Shown here: piece by piece, positions 42,394 to 54,814 of the stretch
How the letters are laid out: each line of letters starts with the position of its first letter
How positions within the stretch are numbered: the first letter of the stretch is position 1
From: Dimorphilus gyrociliatus
Taxonomy: Eukaryota > Animalia > Annelida
Reading direction: 5' to 3'
Assembly (NCBI GenBank): GCA_904063045.1
Contig: CAJFCJ010000015.1
Location: forward strand, 1 to 64,000
Length of the DNA stretch: 64,000 nt
Made by a program: the position numbers and the translations under genes
Notes under the pieces: generated by a model
Databases searched by the model: none
Told to the model about the DNA's origin: nothing
Seen by the model: only the letters and a program-made list of their open reading frames with translations

Positions 42394-45300
42394 TCAGCAG
42401 TGAAAAAAACGGGATTGAAGCCAATTTTTAGTCTTATTTTCAGATAAAATATGAGTTTCTCTTATTTTGGATACCTCTGAAACATCGACTGTAATTGCGT
42501 TTCGACAGAGGGCGCTCACGTAAATTTTTTCATTTGATGTGTTTTTTTTAAAAAGTTTCCATCTGACATTCTTTAGAGCGGAAAACTTAAAACTTTTTGT
42601 TAGAAAAGAACTTTCTGGCTTTTGAGTGGAACTAGGTATCGACTTATGGAACCACTCTTCATCACCACAATTAAAAAATTGTTTCTTTTCTTTCTCGTAT
42701 GTAACAGCTCCTAATCTAGGGGATGCTCTTCTACTAGGAATCTTTGGTTTCAAATTGGCTTTATTTTCACTCTCTTCAGAGGTGTTATCGAATTTTTTTA
42801 TCATGTTTTTTAATTGTTTACTTCTTTCGGCTACCAAAGCTTCCATTATGTCTAATCGTTCCATTCCCTCGCCTGCTTGCGAATCGACTGATACAGATGA
42901 GAAGGATGTTTGAAGGATATCTACTTTCTCAATACCATTCTTCGCAACTGGAATTGTAGATTCATAAACTCTTAGATCAGAAGAAATAATTGATCTCTTA
43001 ACAACTTTTGGCGATTGGTATTCGACTGCTGGAATTCTTTCTAACTTTGGTCTAGAAGGACGTCTTTCAGTGGAAAATTGCGGAACAATTTCTTCTATCA
43101 AACTAGCAGAATGAACATTTTTCTTACAGATTTCAGTAGTTTGGGTTTGTTTCGAATTCTGTTGAGCATCTAACGAACCTGAAATTTAAGTGAAATTCTA
43201 AGAAATGAAAAATCTTTCCATCGGAATGTTTTTAATCTTATTTTTTTTTGGAATTTTTTTTACCATTAATCTTCTCACATAATTGGCCCGTGAAATATAT
43301 AGATTCTTCAACTAGATTAGAGCAATTCTCCAAGAAATGATCCTGAGTAGATTGATTTGTCGCAAGTTTAAACGACGAATTAAAGAGCATTTCATTCTCT
43401 TGAATCTATTTTGAAATTGGGTTTAGAGAAAAAAATGATAATTCCATTCGAATATAATGTTTATATTATAAAAGGATTATTAAATTTACTGGAAATTCCT
43501 CAAGATTGCATTCAGATTTTGCTTTCTTCCAACAAGCTCTTCCATTTTGACATCTTAGAATATTTTTTAAAGCTAAGCCTATTTAAAAGAAATTGAATAA
43601 ACATTTTTATATATAAAAAAAGCTATAATAAAGATAATTTTACATTTGTTTAGTAACTTTGTTTGTAGTTTAGCATATTTAAGAGCTAAAATATGCCTTC
43701 TCGTTAATTTCGTATTAATTGTGTTCTGTTTTGAAAGAAATGTAAGAAAAGTAAATAAACAAAAAAAAAGAGATTAGAACTAAAAACTTACGATCTTTGT
43801 ATTTATTTTTAATAATTCAACCATGGCTGCGTGTGTTACCTTTGGAGCTGAGTAAACAGAATAAAATCATTAATAATCATTAATAATCTTTATTAAAACT
43901 TTAAACTAACCAGAATCTAATCGCTCCAATAATCTATCCAAATTTCCTAGTTGTTTTTCCAGATCATCAAGATGATCCCAGTCATTTCTTTTGTATAAAT
44001 CGCAATGTTGAGTATTGAGTCTTTCAATTAGATTTCCGAGAATTTTCATTAGTCTATTAACCTCGTTTGTTGAAGTGTTGAAATTGATATCATCCGATTT
44101 CTTGGTATTAAAAATACCTTCATTTGAATCGTTTGATAAATTTAAAGTTGGTAAGGTCTTATCGTGAGAGGTCGAAGGCGATATCGTGTCAGTTTGATCT
44201 TCACTCGTTTCTATTTCGCTTCGTCTACTCAGTAACGGCGATACAGATCTACGCTCCAAATCGAATTGGCATTGAGAGTGCTGTCTCTAATGGAGTTGAA
44301 AGAAATTGAAAATGTTTTATTAATTAGTATTAAAGTAAAAAAAATGATAAAAAAGGAGAGTCTAACTAGAAAAGAGTTCTAATTTCTAATTTTTGTTTAA
44401 TCAAGCAACGAACAACACCATCTGCTTTAGATTAAGATAATAAAACCCTCCTTGGAATCATTACCTGCCAAGCGTGGTACTTTTTAGCAAAATCTTGACT
44501 TAAACCGTGACACATAGCCTCCTCGTTCACACTCATTGTTTGTTTCAACCGTTGTAATTTAACTGTTTCCTTTTGAATTTTTTGCTGAGCTTTTTCAATT
44601 TTCTGCATATCTTTAGAAACTAATTTTTCGTACTTCTGTCTTCTATCTCTAGACCTTGACCTTTCATTCTGAATTCCGAAAGAATATAATAATCTATGAT
44701 TAGCAGATCGTTATTTATACGCTACACTCTTTCATACTTACCTTATACAATTCTATATTCGATTGTAAACAATTCTGATCTCTAATTTTCTCCCACTCTA
44801 CTTTCCGTCTGCTGAAATCTTCTCCAAGGTTGGTTGAACTTTTTTCATCACTAATACTACCGTTATAAGAAATTGTATCTGGATGAGAAATAAACGTTTT
44901 CGGAGATTTTTCCCTATCTTTTTGAATGAAAGAAGAGAGAGAGAGAGATGGGGAAGAAAGAATAAAAGCTCTCATAAGATTTTTAAATAATTTAGAAAAG
45001 TATTTAATTGACCTAATCGTTTTTTCTTTTCCCATTCTTGCATCTTCTTGATAAAGCCCCTAGAAAGCGAATCTTCGTGTTTCGTACCTATAAACAAATA
45101 AGCAAACCAAGTAGTAAAATGTTAAAGTTACTTATTGGGCCTATACTTTGTTGAGTAGAATCTCGCCTGTTTTCCCACTCCCCTATTCGCTTCGCTAAAT
45201 CAGCAGTCAGGTAATCTACAACGTAAATTTCAAACTAACAAATATTAATGAAAGCATAACTTATCAAAATACTTTGAATTCCTCCTTTCTCATCACTGGG

Positions 45301-46469
45301 AAACACAACTAATGACGTTCTTAAAGGTCTATTTTGAATTGTTGCTTTCTTTCTTGTCCTTTGAACTGGTTCGGTAGGTGATGGATTCAAAAGCAAAAAA
45401 TTATCAGTTGATTTTGAGTCGTTATCGCGTTGATTTTTAAAGGGTATATCTCTAAAGCTTTCAGTCCTTATCAATGCATCTTTCATTCTTTTCAAAGGGT
45501 TTTTTATTGATTTGACACTTCCATTCCTACTAAATGATGAGACATCTTCCTCAACATAGATTAAAGGAGAAGACCTCCTCCTGACAAGTCTATTTCTCTT
45601 ACCTCCATTAGAGACAATAGTAAAATTTTCAGGAGAAGATATAAAGTTATCATAATTCTTAAAGTCTGACTGAGATGATGATTTAGAAATATCAATCTTA
45701 AATGATTTAGAAATACTTAATTCCCTGTTCGCTAAACCTTTTCGAACTTTTCGAGCCCAACTTGAAATTTTTCTCTTAGAAAATTTTGCTTCTCGCCTTT
45801 TCCGACAATTATCATTTTCCATTCCCTGTAAAATATTAAAAGGTTAACATAATAGTGCTTTATAAAACTGTAAAAATAAACTGGGAAAGATTTCCTAACG
45901 GTCTTACGCAATAATCTTCTATTTAGTACAACATAAAGTTTATTATTTTATATAACTTTGGGAAATAGATGGTATTATAGCAAACTTTTCTTTATGTAAT
46001 AATAAGCCATAGGTCTAAATTTATAGTAAAGTTATACTTGGATTATATCGTTCATGTTTATACTTCCGGTACTCTGACTACGTTTGGGTGTTGAATTTGT
46101 TTTTCCATCTTTTCTCTTGTTAAATGAAGCTTTAACTTTGGTACTTTTGGCTCTCATTTTTTGTAGGCCTTTATTCCATAAAGAACTTTGATCATGATCC
46201 TCCTCTGGATAATAACTATTACTTTTTGGTAATAAAACACTAAGACATTCACATTTTTTGTCAATTTCATCATTTTTCGTTGCCAAATGATATACGCGTT
46301 CCACAAGTTTAACAACAGAAGACAGATGTTCCATTCCTTTTGATTTTCCTATTGTAAAACATTTCTCATCTTTTTCTGAATTTTGAATTGACATCCTCTC
46401 AAAATCCCGTTCCAATTCCAAAAGAACATCGTCCGGAGTATTGAGAAAGAAGTCAACATCCTCTTCCAT
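42394..46469 (-). CDS. Uncharacterised multi-exon, Ser/Lys/Arg-rich disordered and coiled-coil protein
   Basis: Long ORFs 46469-46032, 45822-45235, 45035-44715, 44259-43906 and 43101-42394 link through in-phase GT-AG exons (e.g. 45215-45132); no family recognised. Confidence 0.75.
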
Positions 46470-47323
46470 AGCTCTTTTTTTTACTTAATGACAGAGAACT
46501 TTTTATAAAAGAAACTTTGGGAAATGTTCAAAAAAGTTCATTTCAATTCGACTGCCAAACTCTAACTGTAGCTTTGGTACTCAGGCAAACTGTGAATGTT
46601 GTTATGGTAACGGGGGTTTTTTTTCTCTAGACATTAACTAGAAGGAAACTCTCGGGAAATGCCCCAATTTATAGACTGGTATTTATACTTTCTTATCTCT
46701 CTGTTTTTACAGAAATTCCAATTTCTTAATAATAAAACAAAGTTTAACCTATTGTATATTATTAATTATTTTCTCAATTCATAATTAGTCTAGCGGCCAT
46801 TTTAAGAGTTATTGTTGTATATGTTTTATATTCGTAAGAATGTTCTTTTTTAAGAATGGAATATTCTTATAGTTATATCTGTGTAGAATACAATTATTCC
46901 CTCCTTTGAAGTTTTCTTTTACTTATATTATAAAAGCTATTTAGAAGCTTAGAAGTTTACCTGTGGAATTAATTATATTAAATAGATGGAGTTATTTTTA
47001 GTTTTCTATTATGAAAAAATATACACTTTCCATCAATTGATGTTTTTTTTACCCTTCGTTCCCTCCTCACCGCTGGAAATTAGGTCCCATAGTAGGTCGA
47101 AACGTGCTTTTCCTTTAGTTTTTCCAAGTTTTTTTTAAAGAAGAAATTAAATTCCTCATAAATTTTGAAGTTTTCTGGAATGGATTACATGACGCCATTC
47201 ATTAGAAAAAAGACCTATTTTGTTATGTTTTATGTCGTTACGTTGAAAAAATTTGTCATAATTGTTTCTTTTTAAAAGAAATTGAAAAAAAAATAACATT
47301 TGATAAATCTATTCTGGAGAAAA

Positions 47324-49175
47324 ATGACAAAATATCATAAAATCCTAACCTCAATGGTGCGCCATCTGATGGGAAATATTTTATTAAAAGTGATATTTAC
47401 TATATGTTGTTTGACTATTTATTACTTTATATTGAAGGAAAATGATAGGAAAGTTAATAGGAAAGCAATTAAATTGGAAAGAGAAATTGAAACAATAAAA
47501 CTTAAACCAATAGAGTTGAGAAATATATTTCAGCCATTTGCATCTGATGGAATAGGTGAGAGAGGTGAAGGAGTTTTACTCGAAGATTTATCAAAAGATA
47601 AGAAAAGACGAATTAGGGAGAGCTATGAAAAATTCGAATTTAACGAAATAGCTTCGAAGGATATTTCACTTTGGAGAAGTTTAAAAGAATATAGACCTTC
47701 TGGCTGTCCAAACATATATTTTCCTATGCCAAAGGTTACCAGTTTATATTTATTTAATTTTTATACAAATCGTAAAGAAAAGTGAAAGAAAAATATACAT
47801 TTTTAGTATATATTCTCAAATAATTAACTGGCAACCAAAAAGAAATAGGTTTCAATTATAATATGCTTTCGAAATGAAGCTTGGTCAACACTTTTGCGTA
47901 CATTGTACTCAATATTCAATAGGACACCTTCAAAATTATTATATGAAGTGTTACTTATAGATGATTTATCAGATATGAGTCATCTGGGCAAAAAACTAGA
48001 CGAATACATATCGAAAAAGTTTCATAAAGTTAAAATACTAAGAAATGAAAAAAGATTAGGATTGATCGGTTGCAGGAATCTAGGAGCAAAGTTCGCTTTG
48101 GGTGAAATACTTGTATTTTTAGATTCACATTGCGAAGTTACGAACTTTTGGTTACAACCATTAATTCAACAAATTATTACTAATCCAAAGAGTTTAGCTA
48201 TACCTCAATTAGCATATATTGAAGATACTACATTTAAATTCTACTACAATACTAGAACAAATAAATACGGAGGTGGCTTCACTTGGTCTTTGACCTTTAA
48301 TTCAATTTTATTGTCTGAACAACATTTAGAATATGTAAATTATAAAACACCCATTATGGTTGGTGGTAACTACGCAATAAATAGGACATTTTTTTTTCAA
48401 ATGGGTACCTATGATGAAGGTATGGAAAACTATGGAGGAGAAGATATCGAAATGTCATTAAGAATTTGGATGTGCGGCGGAAAATTGATTATGATACCCT
48501 GTTCAATTATTGGTCATGTCTATAAAAGTAAATCATTAAAGAATGAAAAATTGTATAATGAAATGAGGACGAGGAATTTAATTAGAACAGCTTATATCTG
48601 GTTAGATGAATACAATGAACTATTCAAGAAAGTATCAGGGTATAGTATCTACAATACAACAAAAGATCATCATGTTTTATAGTGTTGTATATAGAATTTC
48701 CAGGTGGAATATTAATCTTAATAGCACTCTATATCGTAAACAAATACGTAAAAAACTGAATTGTAAACCATTCGATTGGTATATAAAGAATATATTTCCT
48801 CAACAATTTGTACCTGGTACGGAATTGCGCAACGGAAAAATATCTAATCAATTCGATTTTTGTATAATTTATCATAAAATTTTAAAATTGTCGCCATGCT
48901 CTAAAGATAAAAAATTAATATGGTTTTTGACGACTATAGGAGAAATTCGAAATCATAATTGGGAGTATTGTTGGACATGGGAAAAGGAAAGTAATGACAT
49001 TATAATGGGGCAATGTTTATACTCTTCCAAAAGTAGTCAAACATGGGAATACAACGACAATGATAAAACTTTTATTCATAGACAAACCAAATTATGTTTG
49101 AATGTAGTTAAAAATAAAGTCGGTTTAAATTTATGTCATTCTTCTATAACACATCGAACATGGCACTGGATTTAA
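47324..49175 (+). CDS. GALNT: Polypeptide N-acetylgalactosaminyltransferase (type II membrane, GT-A domain + ricin-B lectin), divergent
   Basis: Introns 47735-47848 and 48640-48703 (the second boundary is my best fit). VSIIICFRNEAWSTLLRT, FLDSHCE (DxH), GGEDIEMSLRIWMCGG, RKKLNCKPFDWY, lectin Cys pairs. Confidence 0.93.
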
Positions 49176-49263
49176 ATTTACAAGAAAAGTGATAAAACTC
49201 AAAGTTTTTTTGGTAGAAAAAAAGAAAAAGAGTCATACACTAACTCATCACGATCGTTCTTAT

Positions 49264-50598
49264 TTAATAATGAGGGCCTAAGCTCTCGTAATGAGAATCA
49301 TTGTAGGGTGGAGGTTCACTTTGTGGATATTCTGTATACAATGGTGATGCAATTGGGTCTAAGTGATAAAATAAAATGATATAAGTTTTTAATCATATTT
49401 CAATTATTTAAACCTACAATCTCGGCTCTTAGTGGCTGTTTGACCACTGGGAACTGTTAATGCTATTCCTGGTGTCATTGATGCTCCAGTAGCGTTAGCT
49501 GTAAAACATCGATAATTTTAATAAATAATTAACAAAAAAAATAAACTAGTAGTAAACTTACAGTTAGGTTGAACTGCTGAAGTTTTACCTCGTGATCGTT
49601 TAAGAATAAATTTTATAAATAAGATAACGGCTACTATCACTAGTAATCCTCCTGCAGCTATCAAACCAACAACCCAATATTTGAGGCTAAATTTAAGAAA
49701 TAAATTTAATAAACGTGAGAATTAATAAAAAAGCCAAGGGATGAGTCATATTCCAACTCAAATATAATATACAGTATAAGTTGAATGTGAAGATTTAATA
49801 AAGACCTTTTCTTTCTTTACTTACCAATTTGCTTTTTTATGAAACCAAAATCCATTATTGCAATCGTTATTACAGTATTCACCTTCACATAAACAAAAGG
49901 AGCCGGAAATTGTAGATATATTATAAGATTTGGACTTGAAATTTGCTTTTAGAAACTGTTTAAAATAAGCGAATGAAACATTCATTGTTAATTGTTGTTC
50001 AAAAAGTATCATTAAGATAAAAATCCTTTTACTTGATATATAAATAAGTTTTTATCCATAATGTGATGCATTTCTTTTTCATTGCCATAACATTTATTCT
50101 TGTATGATTGTACCACTCCAACACATTGGCGAAACATACCATCTATATATAGGTAGCCAGGTAATGGGGAGTATGAACGGCGTATGGCAATTTTGACTTT
50201 TCCATTAAATGTTCCACATTTCTCATCGACGAATGGATTCGCTCCGGCATTAGATACACAAGGCGAAGTTGGAGTATGATTATCAAGAGATTTGCAGTTT
50301 GTACTCTAAAAATTAATAAATATTACGTAAAACAATAGACAAATAATTCGGAAAGTATCGTGTTTATAATACCTTTAGTACTTTTGAATTGACCTGCAGA
50401 AAAGTCTTTATGAAATTATCATTAGAATACATTTTAGCATCCATACAGCTATAGCATGGCGACGCGAGTACTAAAATTTAATTTACAATATTATTTCAAT
50501 TGCAATATAAATTATCGAAACAAACCATTATGTAAAGACGCTATTAGCAGCAGGAAGTAGGTGATAGACCAAATTCTAATCATAGCAAATATGTCCAT
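49264..50598 (-). CDS. Ly6/uPAR (three-finger)-like ectodomain, single TM helix and PPPY-containing cytoplasmic tail; not captured by the ORF track
   Basis: Spliced translation: signal peptide MDIFAMIRIWSITYFLLLIASLHN, CYSC...FCLCEGEYCN (10 Cys), TM YWVVGLIAAGGLLVIVAVILFIKFIL, tail ...EYPQSEPPPYNDSHYESLGPHY*. Confidence 0.75.
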
Positions 50599-52534
50599 TA
50601 TCTTTTAGACCATTCGTTACGAGTTGAAAGATCTTTACAGCACTGCGTTCCTTTTATAAAGTAGAATATATGAAAAAATATACCAATAAAACAGATATTG
50701 GTTATTCAAATTAGGCCCCTAGTAGGCTTCTAAAAGGAGTAGAGGCAAAAACGGTTTCTTTCTGTTCAGAATGTTATAATATGAAATGGTATATTCTGTT
50801 TATAGGCTTTGTGATTTCTTTAAAAGAAAACTATCAACGTAGAAGGAATAAAGCTTTATTCTATGTTTTACGTCATTGGGTGGAGTAAGTAGAGCAAATT
50901 TTTATTGTATAAAGAAAAACTTTTATATTCTATTACATGATTCATGCACACATCACGACACTTTTTTTGCGTACCCTATATTAAACTCTAAGGGAAATTT
51001 GGTTGCAAGTACTTACAAATCTTCCTTAATTTAAGTTCGATGCTTCACCTGCAAAGACTAATGTAGTGCACAGGTAGAATGTGATGTGTTATGGAAGGGA
51101 TAATAAAATGGAAAAAAATCGATTATATTACGACGTCATCATTGTATACATTTTCACTAGCACATTTATCAATACTAGATACTTTACTTGTTAGTATTGT
51201 ATTTAATTATTATAAACCTTTAATTAATAAATCAATCATATTTAATTAGTTTATTAATTATTGTAAAAATACGTAAAGAGTAAAGAAGTATGATTAAATA
51301 TATAGAAAAAGGAAGCATATATTAATTTTTGGTGTTTAAGCTTCCTCATGGATACAGTATATCCAAATATTTAACTATTCATAATATACCTATACTAAGA
51401 AGCCTTTATACAAAATCTATATTTATAAATAAAGTTTATAAACCAAAGAATACCAACTGACATCTATCGGATATATTATTTATAACAGAACAAAGAGGAG
51501 AATTAGTTGAATTTTATGTTTTTAAAACTATAAAACCTTTATACTAATTTCACATTCATTTCTCTCTCTTTTTTTTCTAACGAAAAGGTCATCTGCCTAT
51601 CAAATAAAAGTAAGTGATACGATAATAAAAGAGTATGAAAAAAAAATAAGTCGATTAACTACATATTCGAAATTTTATGTAAATGAAAAAAAAGGTCAAA
51701 TTGATAAAAATATAAAAATAAAAGAAACATTTAGAAAAACGTTTATTCGTTCAAAAATAGATATCCAAAATGTAAAAAAAAAATAACTTTACTTAAGTTT
51801 GATAAATACACCTTTTTTTGTCTCTTTTCTTTATAATTTAATACAAAAAATTATATAATAGTGTATTCTGACAAATTTGTCTAAACTAAGTAGAATGACT
51901 TAGATGATGAATAGAAATAATTGATCTTTAAGTAAACAAGCACAAAAATAACAAAATGAAAATGAAAAAAAAACAAAAACAATATATATATATGTATATA
52001 TACTAAAGTTAACGTCATTGTAGTGGTTAGGATAAAGGAAGCAAATGAAAATAGATTAATAATAATGATAATAATAGAGTTTATCAAAAGAAAATAAAAA
52101 TACGAAAATAACTCTCTCTTTCTTTTTATTTTTTTTAAAAAAACAAATTTAGTTTTTTCAAGTATTTTTCCACAAGTCTTTCTCAGAGGCGCACGCGAAA
52201 AAAATAAACTAGCCCGTAAAGTTACATCAATAGAATTGATCATGGTCGAAAAAAAAAGAGAGAGAAAAAAGTTTGATAAACCTTTTTAAAGACGTCTGGT
52301 TATAACAAAACGAACGTTGAAAAAAAAAATGATAACGGACAGTTGTACAGATTTAGAAATATATACGAAAAGTAGCAAAAGGGAATGAAACTGTAGTAGG
52401 TGAGGTGTAAAATGAGAAAATAGCGAGAGGGAAAGGGGGGCAGGGGTTTGTTTGGGAAGAATATGGAATTGATGAAAAGTTTAAGTAGGGTAAAGTAGGA
52501 AGAAGCATTCAAGATATAGTTATTCCGGTTGATT

Positions 52535-54814
52535 TCATATCGTTCTCAATCTATTCAATTCTTCGAGAAAGTCCTCGCCATTAAAACTATTTTCGATTGA
52601 ACTTGATAGCTGGTAATCTAGAGCTATAGCAGAATCGGATTCGTCAGGATCGTTTATACGATTATTGACCCATGTTTCAATCATATCTAGTTTTTCTCTA
52701 CTTTTATGTCCAACGAATCGGGGTAAAGTATGTGACAATTGGGGTGGCAGAGGTGGTGGTTTTTTGCGATGGGGTGTGGTCAACATACCTGATATCATTT
52801 GTCTCTTAGGTGGAGCTTCTTGTACTCTTATTGTAGAATCCAAAGCTTCGTCGCTATCAGCGTATATACATTGCGCAGCCAACTCTTCCATACTAGATTT
52901 TTTCAAGTATTTTATTGGTTTCGAGTAGATTGGTTCGGAGCATTCATTATAATTATCCATTTTACGATAGGGCGGCGGAGGTGGAGGCTTTACTTGTGGT
53001 GGCTTTAATAAAGTATCACCATCAACAGCGTCCTTTACTTCAGCATAATCCGATTCAAATGTTGGTATACTGCTTCTACTGGCATCCGAATAGACTGGTG
53101 AACTTGGCGAAAAGTAACCTGTTTCGTCTGAATTAGCCGTAGATAAACTAGGAGCAAACTCTTTATGTGGTAAACGAATAGAAGAATAAGGTGGTGGTTC
53201 GCAACTTTTCACTGAACAAGTAATTTTTTGCATCTCTGATTCTCTAATACTCTTTAATCTATAATTTTTTTCCTTAAATTTCTTCTTTTTCTTCTTCTTT
53301 TTTAAAGTTTTTCTAAGTGCGTAACTTTCGCAACAGTACAATTGCTCTTCGTCATCGGCAATGGGCGGAGTTAAACAAAGTAGACCATATGCTAGACATG
53401 CCCAAGTACCAGCAACTGGAAGGCAAGCCGCCTGCATAGCCACTATAAATATAATATAAATATAAGTATAAATAAATAAAACAATAGAATGTTAATAATT
53501 AAAATAAACGAAAATTGAAAACAAGAATTGAAAGAATTCTCTCTTTTTGGAATTTATCCAAAAATTAAGGTCAATTCTTTACTTTTGTTTTCAAGTAATC
53601 TAACACCTACAGCTGGTTTTTCGCCTATTAAAAAACTTTCCCTGTTATTTTATACATTATTAAAGCCTATTAATTATATGGAAAAACTACAGAAAAGATT
53701 AAAATTCTTTTTCTCTTCTCTTCTTCATTTATCTATTGTTTTATATAGAATATATCATTTCCATAGGTATCCACCCATTTCTTTTTCTAGAATTGTTATT
53801 GTAACCTATCAGTTTCAACACGTAGACAACAAACAAACATATAAAATTAAGAAGAAAGAAATTGATCTAATGCTAAGTGATTATTATAAAATTAATCAAA
53901 CAGGGAATAGTAAGAGTTGTATACAATTCACACATATATTCACTATATAGATAACAGAGTATAACACTTTATATTTTTATATATTGAAGTTTAGTTTAAT
54001 CTACTATTATATTACGTTTGTATTTCTAATAAATTAATAAATCATTTTCTCGCTTTTCTCTCTACTTCTATCCTTTAAACAAATCGATTTTTCTCGCTAT
54101 CGTTTGTCTTAATTACACGTTTAACCACACAAAATATTTAAACTCTCACAAAAGAATTGCGTAACGATTGTTGAAACTACGTGAAAACTTTAAAGAGAGT
54201 TACGCCATAGATGTATTATTGTTGGAGGGTTAAGCATATCAACTGTTAAAGATAAGAATCAGTGTGTGGGAATGTTAATTTATAAAACAAAACAAAAACT
54301 GCGTACAATTCCAATACGCTAGTAAAAAAATTTAGCTATAAATACTATAATAAAAAATAATAAATTTACAAATCTATATACTGTATATAGATAAGAGGAA
54401 CTTGAGAAAGAGAAGAAGACTTTTAGCTATTTTAAAATCAACTTTTTGACCTAAAAATAAATCGTAAACAAGAGGAGATAATAAATAAATTAAATTATAA
54501 AAACGTTCTAATCTTGTATCAAATAAACTTTTTTGGGCAGATGCATAAAATTTTTATCGTAAAAGTGCAAGTATACTAAATATATCTCTGTCTTTGAAGT
54601 ATTGTAATTAATTATATCTACGGCAAGGTCAATTGATTTACTAATAAGACAAACTAAATTTAGAAAACATTAATTAAAGATTAGAAGGAGATTAAGAGAA
54701 AAGTAAATTATGATTATTGAATATTTTCTTACAGCTTGGTCTCTTCTCCTCCAGGTCGCTATTATCCGAATAATCGCTATCAAAATTACATTCTTCTGCT
54801 TCTATAGTTGACAT
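52535..54814 (-). CDS. Uncharacterised proline-rich protein with PPxY and Tyr motifs
   Basis: Exon 54814-54733 (MSTIEAEEC...KRPS) joins in phase 1 to exon 53442-52535 (302-aa ORF). Confidence 0.75.
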
